Part shown: piece after piece, positions 19,549 through 27,128 of the stretch | Layout: each line of letters begins with the position of its first letter | Numbering within the stretch: position 1 is the stretch's first letter | NCBI GenBank assembly: GCA_964641545.1 | Contig: CAZXLT010000001.1 | Span: forward strand, 84,218 to 148,217 | Source: an uncultured Candidatus Saccharibacteria bacterium | Lineage (GTDB): Bacteria; Patescibacteriota; Saccharimonadia; Saccharimonadales; AWTP1-31 | Direction of reading: 5' to 3' | Length of the DNA stretch: 64,000 bases | The notes under the pieces: generated by a model | Seen by the model: the letters and a program-made list of their open reading frames with translations, nothing else | Told to the model about the DNA's origin: nothing | Database searches by the model: none | Made by a program: the position numbers and the translations under genes

Positions 19549-19929
19549 CTAGGCAAGTTCGACGGTTGCGCCAGCTTCTTCCAAAGCTTTCTTGGCGTTC
19601 TCAGCGTCTTCTTTCTTTGCTTTTTCAAGCACAGTTTTTGGAGCGCCGTCTACAACAGCTTTTGCTTCACCAAGACCAAGACCAGTGATGTCTTTTACAG
19701 CCTTGATAACTGCAACTTTTTGAGCGCCAGCGTCTTTTAGTACAACGTCGTATTCGCTCTTCTCTTCCTCGGCTGGAGCAGCATCGCCACCACCAGCAGG
19801 TCCAGCAACAGCAACTGCGGCAGCAGCTGGCTCGATGCCATACTCTTCTTTTAGGATTGTTTGTAATTCGTTAACTTCAAGAACGGTTAGTCCAACCAAC
19901 TGTTCTGCAAATTTCTTTAGATCTGCCAT
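19549..19929 (-). CDS. rplL: 50S ribosomal protein L7/L12
   Basis: [34 protein letters not shown] ... [23 protein letters not shown]. The ORF-track start at 19965 is rejected in favour of the ATG at 19929. Confidence 0.95.
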   Translation of the reverse strand: MADLKKFAEQLVGLTVLEVNELQTILKEEYGIEPAAAAVAVAGPAGGGDAAPAEEEKSEYDVVLKDAGAQKVAVIKAVKDITGLGLGEAKAVVDGAPKTVLEKAKKEDAENAKKALEEAGATVELA

Positions 19930-19942
19930 GTAATTTCCTTTC

Positions 19943-20467
19943 TTAGTTTCCAGCCTTAGCCGCAACTGCGTCTAGAAGGCCATGTAGGTTGCCTGCCAAT
20001 CCGCCTGTAACGCCATTAACTGGCCCTTTAAGCGTATTGATAATGCCTGCGATAAGTTGCGTCTTGCTTGGAAGTGTCGCCAAAGCTTTTACTTCATCTG
20101 CTGCCATGAATGTACCGTCTGGGCTGATAGCGCCAACGAACTGTAGGCTTGGATTAGTTTTTGCAAAATTAGCAAGCACCTTAGCAGGAGCAACTTCGTC
20201 CTCGTTGTTAAAGGCGTATAAAAGCTGTCCTTTAAGGGCGCTCGTATCAACGTCCTTCAAGGCTTCAGTGTTCTCGATAGCTTTAATAACAAGTCGGTTT
20301 TTTACAACTTTAAGCTTGGTAGAATCGTTGCGGGCATCGCGGCGCAATTGCTGCAATGACTTCACGTTTGTACCTTGGTATGCAGCTACCACCGTTAGTT
20401 TGGAGTCGCTCAAAAGAGACGAGACTTCATCAACTACTTGCTGCTTTTTTTCTTTCGTTAATGCCAT
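19943..20467 (-). CDS. rplJ: 50S ribosomal protein L10
   Basis: [19 protein letters not shown] ... [17 protein letters not shown]. Lies immediately upstream of rplL. Confidence 0.95.
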   Translation of the reverse strand: MALTKEKKQQVVDEVSSLLSDSKLTVVAAYQGTNVKSLQQLRRDARNDSTKLKVVKNRLVIKAIENTEALKDVDTSALKGQLLYAFNNEDEVAPAKVLANFAKTNPSLQFVGAISPDGTFMAADEVKALATLPSKTQLIAGIINTLKGPVNGVTGGLAGNLHGLLDAVAAKAGN

Positions 20468-20488
20468 AAAGTTTCCTTTTGTGATTTC

Positions 20489-20521
20489 GCTGCTTCGACC
20501 CAGGGGTTATTCCCTAGCAAC
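20489..20521 (-). promoter_or_regulatory. Structured rplJ 5' leader hairpin (candidate L10-leader-like autoregulatory element)
   Basis: mRNA-sense GUUGC-UAGGG-AAUAAC-CCCUG-GGUCGAA-GCAGC. It has an inner 6-bp stem and an outer 4-5-bp stem separated by an asymmetric GA-containing internal loop. It lies between the upstream terminator and the rplJ SD. Confidence 0.3.
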
Positions 20522-20533
20522 TGTCGTTACCAA

Positions 20534-20561
20534 CAAAAAAGTCTTTGGTTGCACCAAAGAC
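20534..20561 (-). terminator. Rho-independent terminator upstream of the rplJ leader
   Basis: On the - strand: GTCTTTGGT-GCA-ACCAAAGAC (9-bp perfect stem) followed by TTTTTTG. Confidence 0.65.
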
Positions 20562-20640
20562 AAAGAGTTTTACCTCGGTAGCAGATTAAGGCTTTGAATA
20601 TTCAAGACCAGCTACTGTCTTTAGTAACGATATAGCAATT

Positions 20641-21168
20641 TTACACGGTCTCGAGTGTTCTGTCAACAGGGGCGGGACGAACACTTGAACGCAGTGCAGA
20701 CCAAGCGTGAAGATCAGGATTAGGAAGGCCCCAGCGGTCGAGTTTCTCGAACGGAGTTGAGCCGTCTTTCATTAGCGCCCGATTTCGCCCAACTCGTATC
20801 ATCATAGAGGCTTCAGCTCCCAGCATGTCCTCGTCGCAGTCACGGTACACAGTTTCGAATGCACGCAAGACACCTTGAGCAAGTACATCAACATCTTCGA
20901 ATTCAAATGTCACTACACCTCCCCGGCGGACGGCAATATGTGAGTATAGGTTTTCAATCTTCTGGGCTGCCTCAAACAACGGAGCGCATACCGGCTCTTC
21001 GGAAGCTGCGGCGAGACCTACTAAGAAATCAGTAATCCCGTGTGCAAACTTTTGTCGTTCTTCCCCGTCCATTTTAACTACTGTACTGACAATAGCTATG
21101 TCAAACTCGTTTACGACACTATTGGGGCTCCAGACTGCTGCTCGTACTGGTTGTGAACATTCTGCCAT
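20641..21168 (-). CDS. Hypothetical protein (175 aa), orphan, visibly GC-richer than neighbours
   Basis: AAGGAG lies 5 nt upstream of the ATG at 21168. No recognised motif. Confidence 0.5.
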   Translation of the reverse strand: MAECSQPVRAAVWSPNSVVNEFDIAIVSTVVKMDGEERQKFAHGITDFLVGLAAASEEPVCAPLFEAAQKIENLYSHIAVRRGGVVTFEFEDVDVLAQGVLRAFETVYRDCDEDMLGAEASMMIRVGRNRALMKDGSTPFEKLDRWGLPNPDLHAWSALRSSVRPAPVDRTLETV

Positions 21169-21182
21169 ATATCTCCTTTTAC

Positions 21183-21214
21183 ATTAAAACGACCTCTCGG
21201 CGGTGAGAGGTCGT
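21183..21214 (-). terminator. Intrinsic-terminator-like hairpin just upstream of the SD of the 175-aa ORF
   Basis: On the - strand: ACGACCTCTC-ACCGCC-GAGAGGTCGT (10-bp perfect stem) followed by TTTTAAT, then AAGGAG-ATG. Confidence 0.5.
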
Positions 21215-21293
21215 AATTTTAAGCAAATATCGACATCAGCCGCTGGTGCGGGTGGTAATGATGTTGATACTGATGCTTTTGAACATGTTGTTT

Positions 21294-21321
21294 ATGGTAC
21301 TCTTTATTTTTCGTAAGTCAA
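21294..21321 (-). promoter_or_regulatory. Candidate sigma70-type promoter (TTGACT-16 nt-TACCAT)
   Basis: On the - strand: -35 TTGACT (21321-21316) and -10 TACCAT (21299-21294). Located directly after the stop of the 102-aa ORF. Confidence 0.35.
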
Positions 21322-21328
21322 CAAGCTC

Positions 21329-21637
21329 CTACACACCGTTAGCAACCGGGTCAAAGGCTTGGTAGTCGACGACGGGCTTTGCCCTGTCGGCTTCGCCTTC
21401 TGTGCCAGAATAGGCAACGATTATGCTGGTCTGTATTGCCACTGCTCCGCGTTCGGCGTCACTAAATGCTCCCGTGTTGCTCATGTCTGCTGCTGTACCT
21501 ACTGCAGTTTCATTTACTGGATGGCGACCCAGGGCATCGACGAACCATTCGAACTGGGGATCGCCTGGGCCTCCTTTGGGTCCATCTTCTGGACGTATTC
21601 CATATCTTTGTCCACTGCTCATTCTTCCTTTTCCCAT
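21329..21637 (-). CDS. Hypothetical small protein (102 aa; MGKGRMSSGQ...)
   Basis: GGAAGGA lies about 10 nt upstream of the ATG at 21637. The longer track ORF (to 21799) would read through an intrinsic terminator, so the shorter start is preferred. Confidence 0.4.
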   Translation of the reverse strand: MGKGRMSSGQRYGIRPEDGPKGGPGDPQFEWFVDALGRHPVNETAVGTAADMSNTGAFSDAERGAVAIQTSIIVAYSGTEGEADRAKPVVDYQAFDPVANGV

Positions 21638-21659
21638 TGTGCTATATTCCTTCCAAATT

Positions 21660-21685
21660 AAAAAAATCAGGCGGTGAAGCCTGAT
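21660..21685 (-). terminator. Rho-independent terminator ending the rplK-rplA-nucleotide-module transcription unit
   Basis: On the - strand: ATCAGGC-TTCACC-GCCTGAT followed by TTTTTTT. Confidence 0.65.
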
Positions 21686-21845
21686 TGGTTCTGGCTGTGC
21701 GGGTGGCGCCTTTGTTGGTGAGGGGCGCTCAGGCTTCAACCAAACTGAAGCACAGCCTTTGTAGTCTGAGGCTGAGCAGGAGCTGTTGGTTGAATACAAT
21801 ACTCATAAAAGCTAATCGTACCACCGCAAAAAAATGTTGTAAAGA

Positions 21846-24203
21846 TTATTTTTGCTGACTTGCTTGTTCGTCAAGTTGTGCCAGTTTGTACTGTGTGTAT
21901 TTTTCGGCTGCCAAACGGGTTAGCTCTTCGTCTTCACCTTGGTTTACGAACTTCATAGCTTCCGCAGTCAACGGATGAACTTCGGCTACTTTTTCGTGCA
22001 TTTGCTGAACAAGTTTTCGATAACCCGGGTGACCTTGAGGGCTGGTACGTAGCTCATGAAAGTGGAATGCTTCACGTGCATTATATGTAAGTTTCCAGCG
22101 CATCTTATGACCAAGCAGTGTAGCGTACTGCGCTTCGAGTTCGTACCCCTTACTTTGTAAGTAGCTGTACAGTTCGGCGCTAATATCAAAACATTTTTCA
22201 AATAATTCACTAAGTCCAGCTTCTTCGACCAAGGCAGGAATTTCGTATCCAAACCGTGGTGTTAGTTGTTGCCACTCTAGGTCGTCCACCATGCGGTGAC
22301 GCTGTAAATCACGAAAGATGCCATAGTCGCACACTAAATCCCAACTGTAGTGAATTTTTTCCAGCGCTCTACCGGGTTTGTGACGGCGATTTAACCGTTC
22401 GCCCATATAGGCCAGGAATGCTTTTTGTTTTTGACTATATGACCAGCCACTAACTGCTGATTGCATTTCTTGTAAAGATAAATTGGAATGTTCATACAAC
22501 ATGTCCGGAACAATATCCAGCTCGTTACGTGGCCAGAAGCTATTGAGGCTAACGGCTTCGTGGTCGCTACTATGCACGGCAGGCAACATTTCTTTAGCAA
22601 CTTCGCGAACGGCTTTTGCGGTCTGCGCCCGATACGCAATTATTGCTCCGCCCCGATCGGGTTTGTCGGCGCGTTCTAGAAACGTTGGGATAATTTTGCG
22701 CGCCTGCTCGAGGAGCTGCTGACCGATCGAACGGGCCTCGACCAGCTCGTCGCTTAATAGATGCATGATGAGGCTTTCGAGTGCCTGACCAGATGCGTAA
22801 ATACCAACCGTTGCTGTGGTGGCAACTGGTAATACTGAACGAATCGCGTCGCAAGCCTGCGCGCGGGTTGCTCCCTTCCATGCGGTGTCTTGTTCTTCCT
22901 TAGGGACGGAAGAGTTGCTGCGTACGTAATCGGTCAAACGATGTACCATTTCGGAGTACAGGTCAAAAATAGTATTGAGTGCATGCTCGTAGCGTTGTGC
23001 CGTTTCGTCGTCTAGGTTTTTGGGCGTGTGGTATTTGTAGCGTCCGTCATCTTTGGTGTCGAAATAAATATAACGTGTTGACTGCTCAAGGTATGCGGCC
23101 AGTCGTCCCCACTCCAGCTTCTTGGTCATGATGTTGCTGCCCTTTTCGACAACCAGGTGCAACCCAACAAGCTGCTGTACAGAGTCGTCCCCATAGGCGG
23201 TTATCACGCGCTGCAGTAATTTCTCGTCCTTGCCTGCAGCGGCAGCAAATTCGTCCAAAATGGTTATGCGCATATCATCACCGCGTCGGCTCAGACGTGC
23301 CATGGCTGCTGCGATTGTTGTAGAACTAAGTGCGTCAGTAAATGCATAAACATTCCCCTGGCTTGTGGTTACTGATTTTGCAAGGAAGTCTTCACCAAGT
23401 GGCGTAACAACATAATTTCCGTTTTCATCTTTTGACACAAACGATTCATTCGCGGTTGGTTTGGCTATAGAACTCGCAGCTGAAGCAGGCTTCTGTACAG
23501 CAGAGGGCGCAGGCAACATTGGTTGTATGCTGGCCCACAACATATCACCTACTACTTCTTTGCTCAACAGCGCCCCGCCCCGCACGCAATCGATGCGGTG
23601 GAAGTCTTTTGGAAAGAGTGAACACAGGTCGTCGTAAACTTCGACGCTGCGGCGTAAGTGGTTTATGTCGTCTTCGTGCAGGTCCCGCTTTTTGTCTGTG
23701 TAGCTGCGCGTTTCTTTTTTATCAACCATTTGCTGGGCGATTTCTGCGGGCACTCGTAACACAAAACTTTTAGTTGGTCGTGGGATTTGAAGCATTACGA
23801 ACTCAAGATTGTCTAACCAAATGAAGTACCCGCGTCGCTCCTCGGCATTTGCAAATTTTGTGCCTTGGTGAGCCATATTGCTACCAGTAAAGCGATTTGC
23901 AAGCACAATTTTGCCGTCTGCAAGTGCTTCGCGAATTTTATGAGCTGCTTGGTATCTATCGAGTGCATAAAACAACGACCCAGTGTATGGACCAACAGCT
24001 TCTGCTGACCCGTACGCACCATTTAAATATTCTTTTACAAAAAAACTAGAAGGTTCGTCGTACTGCGGAAAGTCGAAGGTTACAACATCATGCCCAGCAT
24101 CCGATAAGCGCTTGCGGAGTAAGTCAAACTGTGTGCCCTTACCCGAACCGTCGGTCCCTTCAATGACTAAAAATAATCCATTGTTTTCATTGTTTAATGC
24201 CAT
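21846..24203 (-). CDS. tmk/thyX: Fusion of thymidylate kinase (N-terminal about 210 aa) with a tandem (two-half) flavin-dependent thymidylate synthase ThyX-like region
   Basis: N-terminus LFLVIEGTDGSGKGTQ (Tmk P-loop) plus ANRFTGSNMAHQ. First ThyX-like half: EWGRLAAYLEQSTRY. Second half: GIFRDLQRHRM ... LTPRF ... FHFHELRTSPQGHPGYR. Compare the Thermotoga ThyX motifs [21 protein letters not shown] and LRADSHAQWEI. Confidence 0.85.
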   Translation of the reverse strand: MALNNENNGLFLVIEGTDGSGKGTQFDLLRKRLSDAGHDVVTFDFPQYDEPSSFFVKEYLNGAYGSAEAVGPYTGSLFYALDRYQAAHKIREALADGKIVLANRFTGSNMAHQGTKFANAEERRGYFIWLDNLEFVMLQIPRPTKSFVLRVPAEIAQQMVDKKETRSYTDKKRDLHEDDINHLRRSVEVYDDLCSLFPKDFHRIDCVRGGALLSKEVVGDMLWASIQPMLPAPSAVQKPASAASSIAKPTANESFVSKDENGNYVVTPLGEDFLAKSVTTSQGNVYAFTDALSSTTIAAAMARLSRRGDDMRITILDEFAAAAGKDEKLLQRVITAYGDDSVQQLVGLHLVVEKGSNIMTKKLEWGRLAAYLEQSTRYIYFDTKDDGRYKYHTPKNLDDETAQRYEHALNTIFDLYSEMVHRLTDYVRSNSSVPKEEQDTAWKGATRAQACDAIRSVLPVATTATVGIYASGQALESLIMHLLSDELVEARSIGQQLLEQARKIIPTFLERADKPDRGGAIIAYRAQTAKAVREVAKEMLPAVHSSDHEAVSLNSFWPRNELDIVPDMLYEHSNLSLQEMQSAVSGWSYSQKQKAFLAYMGERLNRRHKPGRALEKIHYSWDLVCDYGIFRDLQRHRMVDDLEWQQLTPRFGYEIPALVEEAGLSELFEKCFDISAELYSYLQSKGYELEAQYATLLGHKMRWKLTYNAREAFHFHELRTSPQGHPGYRKLVQQMHEKVAEVHPLTAEAMKFVNQGEDEELTRLAAEKYTQYKLAQLDEQASQQK

Positions 24204-24904
24204 CGAGCTTTTAAACCTTCAATCTCCACCGGTTTACGTCGTTTATCTTTATAGGCCCGCGGCAGCATTTGGTCTGGTGACCAATTTTCTATAATTGCGC
24301 GCAAGTCCTGGCTGGCGGCGGGCTGATATTTGCCGCTTAAATTGGCGTACTCTTCCTCAACCGGTCCAGTTTCATAAAACACTAATTGAGCAATGCGCTC
24401 CCCGACAGGCAACACGACACTTTCGTGTTGGTTCATGTTATAGATCTCCATGGTCCAGCGGTTGATGTATCCGGGGTCGCCCCAGCCAGCATCTAGGCAA
24501 ACGGCAACACCGTTTCGACCCCAAGTACTACGGGCCTGCATGGTACTGGTACCAGGTGCCTTTATTCCTATAAATTCATGCGTGTGAGCCAGAATTCGCT
24601 CGCCGGGCCTGAGAACAATAATCGGCTGATCGGCTGGGATATTCTCGAACAGTTGCCGCCCGTGTTTGTTTGCCCAGTCTTGGTGAATCTCTGCCTTTAG
24701 GGCGCCGCTGAAATATTGGTTTACTGCAAACTCATCGAACGGGTTATAAAAGCCTCCCTCGCTTGGGCGCTCGGTGCGGTAATACCAGTTGCCTAACGTC
24801 ACATCGATGCTACTGCCGGCAATATGGCGTTCGATAAATGGATGAAAAACAATATGACCTTCGTCAATCGCCTTTTTTATTTGGACGTTGCTGTATACCC
24901 CCAC
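24194..24904 (-). CDS. dcd: dCTP deaminase family protein (Dcd or bifunctional Dcd-dUTPase type), GTG start
   Basis: Colinear with E. coli Dcd: IKKAIDEGHIVFHP, GSSIDVTLGN, LRPGERILAHT, ARSTWGRNGV, GWGDPGYINRWTMEIYN, LPVGERIAQLVF. GAGGAG SD lies before the GTG. Its stop overlaps the tmk/thyX start by 10 nt. Confidence 0.85.
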   Translation of the reverse strand: MGVYSNVQIKKAIDEGHIVFHPFIERHIAGSSIDVTLGNWYYRTERPSEGGFYNPFDEFAVNQYFSGALKAEIHQDWANKHGRQLFENIPADQPIIVLRPGERILAHTHEFIGIKAPGTSTMQARSTWGRNGVAVCLDAGWGDPGYINRWTMEIYNMNQHESVVLPVGERIAQLVFYETGPVEEEYANLSGKYQPAASQDLRAIIENWSPDQMLPRAYKDKRRKPVEIEGLKARWH

Positions 24905-25008
24905 AAAATCTCCTCGTGGATATAGTTTACGAGATTTTTTGCCTTTCTGACAAGCTTATGCGTATATATTACAACTTAGTTTTTGCTACAGATTACAGGT
25001 GTTACGTT

Positions 25009-25767
25009 CTATGCTTTTGCAGCCTGGTACGCAGCTTGTAGCCGGTTGGCTACAAGGTCGGCGTGCAGTTGGACTGATATCGTCATAAGGTCTTGTAGAC
25101 TTCCGTTATTGCTAATTTTTGTATCCACTGCAATACGCGTACGTTCGCGCTCAGTTGGATCGGACTTGTCCATGATCGTTGCACCGGCTCTGGTTATTTT
25201 GAGTACCCTGCCACCTGCGGCGTGCAAAATATCTCCGTCACTGGGAAAGCGCACCCCACCGATAATAAACAATTGGCATCCCTGACTTTCAGCAACACGG
25301 GCGCGGCGAATCAGCTCGTTATACCAAATACCACGATCAACATGGGTTACGCAGTAGCCGCCAATCCACTGCAACAAGCTGCGGTAGGCCGCTTTGTTCT
25401 TTGCGCCAATACGCTCTGTCAGTAATTTTGGCTCATGACGTGCAATGTATATGTACTCTAACAATTTCTCGTAATCGGTCGGCTGCAGACGCATATCGTG
25501 ATCGTTCAACACGAGCTTTGCGTGGTCAATCCGGCTGTTAGTGACCGATTCTAGTATCCCCGGTAAATGACTGAGCCACCTATTAACACTTTCTAGATCA
25601 GCCTCGTTCGGGGACTCCCACAAGAAAAACTTGTTGAGTCGATCTGCCACTTCGGCAACCACTTGGCTTGTCTCGGCCTGCTGGGCAGTAGAATCTTGTT
25701 GTGCAAGATAATTGGCAAGCGTTGTTTTGCCGTGTCCAATTGGACCAGTTATCCCAACTAAAACCAT
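25009..25767 (-). CDS. P-loop kinase resembling phage T4 gp1 deoxynucleoside-monophosphate (dNMP) kinase
   Basis: Walker A ITGPIGHGKTT. The C-terminal two thirds align by eye with T4 gp1: RSLLQWIGGYCVTHVDRGIWYNEL vs RRLMQALGTDLIVNNFDRMYWVKL; FIIGGVRFPSDGDILHAAGGRVLKITRAG vs YIVPDTRQDHEMDAARAMGATVIHVVRPG; ISNNGSLQDL vs ITNDGSLEEL. Confidence 0.6.
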   Translation of the reverse strand: MVLVGITGPIGHGKTTLANYLAQQDSTAQQAETSQVVAEVADRLNKFFLWESPNEADLESVNRWLSHLPGILESVTNSRIDHAKLVLNDHDMRLQPTDYEKLLEYIYIARHEPKLLTERIGAKNKAAYRSLLQWIGGYCVTHVDRGIWYNELIRRARVAESQGCQLFIIGGVRFPSDGDILHAAGGRVLKITRAGATIMDKSDPTERERTRIAVDTKISNNGSLQDLMTISVQLHADLVANRLQAAYQAAKA

Positions 25768-25800
25768 GGTCTTATTATAGCTCTACCCTGCAAACCGCTC

Positions 25801-26754
25801 TTATAGGACTTGTTGGTCAAGTCGAATACTTGGACCCATTGTGGTTGTCAGGAACGCGGATTTTAGGTATACGCCCTTAATGCTACTTGGCTTGGCTGCT
25901 TTAATGCTGGCTAAGATTGCTTGCGCGTTTGCTAACAAGTCCTTTTGCTCGAAACTGACTTTACCAATTGCTAGGTGGATAATTCCTGTGCTATCAACAC
26001 GATATTCGACGCGACCGGCCTGTGCTTCTTTAACGGCCTTTACTACATCAGGAGTGACAGTACCGCTCTTTGGGTTTGGCATCAGCCCACGCGGCCCAAG
26101 CACACGTGCATATTTACCAAGCTTCGCCATCATGGCTGGGCTCGAAATAAGCACGTCGAACTCGATGACGCCCTTGTCGAGCTGTTTGGTGATTTCGTCG
26201 GTTCCGGCAATATTTGCACCGGCCTTCTTGGCCTTGGCTGCATCATCTGCCTCTGCAAAAACAGCAATTTTAACTGTCTTTCCCGTCCCTGCCGGAAGTA
26301 CCAAACTATCGCGAAGGTTTTGGTCGGCCTGACGTGGGTCAACATTTAGGCGAATGTGTAATTCGATAGCTGCATCAAACTTAGTGGTGCTTGTTTTGGC
26401 TGCAAGCTCCAAAGCCTCTTCGAGCTTGTAGGTTTTATCGGCCTCGATAAGCTTTGCGGCCTCGCGGAACTTTTTGCTCTTGCGCTCTAATCGACTGCGG
26501 GTTTTCGGTGCAGGCTTAGCGATTTTCGGCTTCTCAGCTTCCTCAGTCTTTGCTGCGGCTTTTCGTTCTTCCTTAGCCTCTTTTTCTTCAGCTTCCTTAA
26601 GCGCCTTTGCACTGTGCTTACCAGCTTTAGCAGTAACTTTCACTGTTGCTTCCTTAGCCGGAGCTTCTGCTTCAGTAGTGACCTCAACAACCGCTGTCTC
26701 TTCGACTTCTGCTGCCTTCTTTTTGGTTGATTCTTTCTTTGCCTTTTCTGCCAT
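25801..26754 (-). CDS. rplA: 50S ribosomal protein L1 with an N-terminal K/A/E-rich extension of about 90 aa
   Basis: The core region FDAAIELHIRLNVDPRQADQNLR ... GPRGLMPNPKSGTVT is typical of L1. The first 90 or so residues are low complexity. Confidence 0.95.
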   Translation of the reverse strand: MAEKAKKESTKKKAAEVEETAVVEVTTEAEAPAKEATVKVTAKAGKHSAKALKEAEEKEAKEERKAAAKTEEAEKPKIAKPAPKTRSRLERKSKKFREAAKLIEADKTYKLEEALELAAKTSTTKFDAAIELHIRLNVDPRQADQNLRDSLVLPAGTGKTVKIAVFAEADDAAKAKKAGANIAGTDEITKQLDKGVIEFDVLISSPAMMAKLGKYARVLGPRGLMPNPKSGTVTPDVVKAVKEAQAGRVEYRVDSTGIIHLAIGKVSFEQKDLLANAQAILASIKAAKPSSIKGVYLKSAFLTTTMGPSIRLDQQVL

Positions 26755-26810
26755 GATCTCTCCTTTGTGGTCCTAACGGCTCTTTAGGCCTCCCACGTTA
26801 ATTATGTAAT

Positions 26811-27125
26811 TTACAAACCTACTGTTGGTGCTGGGCTAGTCCCGGCATCAGGTATCGTTTCGACTGCTCGCTCTGTGACCCTGTCTGCCACAGTTGTGGC
26901 TGCGGCGCTTAAATTGCCTATGCTTAGCGCTAAATCTCTGCGCAGTTCATCGGCTTGCTCGTTTCCATTGTCGCCAAGCCTTTCAAGAATACCAAGCATG
27001 TCAGGGACCGGACCATTTAAAAGTGCGGCTGCTTTCTTGAAGATAGTTGTCGCATCGTCTACGTCCAAGCGTAGTCGGGTAGTGACTTCGCTCGCAGCAG
27101 CAGTAGCCGGTCCGTAATGACCCAT
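26811..27125 (-). CDS. Hypothetical ORF (104 aa) occupying the rplK-rplA spacer
   Basis: The ATG lies 3 nt after the rplK stop, with GAAGG upstream. The region is GC-rich and also has an 80-aa antisense ORF, so its coding status is uncertain. Confidence 0.35.
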   Translation of the reverse strand: MGHYGPATAAASEVTTRLRLDVDDATTIFKKAAALLNGPVPDMLGILERLGDNGNEQADELRRDLALSIGNLSAAATTVADRVTERAVETIPDAGTSPAPTVGL

Positions 27126-27128
27126 TTG

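Noticed and set aside
19989-20597. Long antisense ORFs appear opposite conserved genes. Examples are 202 aa opposite rplJ, 197 aa at 60629-61222 opposite rplX/rplN, 163 aa at 25841-26332 opposite rplA, 144 aa at 16820-17254 opposite dnaX, and 137-138 aa at 11580 and 49559.
   Set aside because: All lie fully inside strongly supported genes on the other strand. They have low-complexity or Ser/Cys/Leu-rich translations and no SD. They are typical shadow ORFs.
21638-21799. The N-terminal 54 codons of the 156-aa track ORF.
   Set aside because: The extension would be translated through the intrinsic terminator hairpin at 21660-21685 and lacks an SD. The internal ATG at 21637 has a GGAAGGA SD.
26755-26810. 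A GUGGGAGGCC...GGACCAC stem-loop lies upstream of rplA. I considered it as an L1 autoregulatory (23S-mimic) site.
   Set aside because: I cannot compare it with this organism's 23S L1 stalk, the stem is only 4 bp, and in E. coli L1 acts at the rplK leader. It is mentioned only within the spacer finding.
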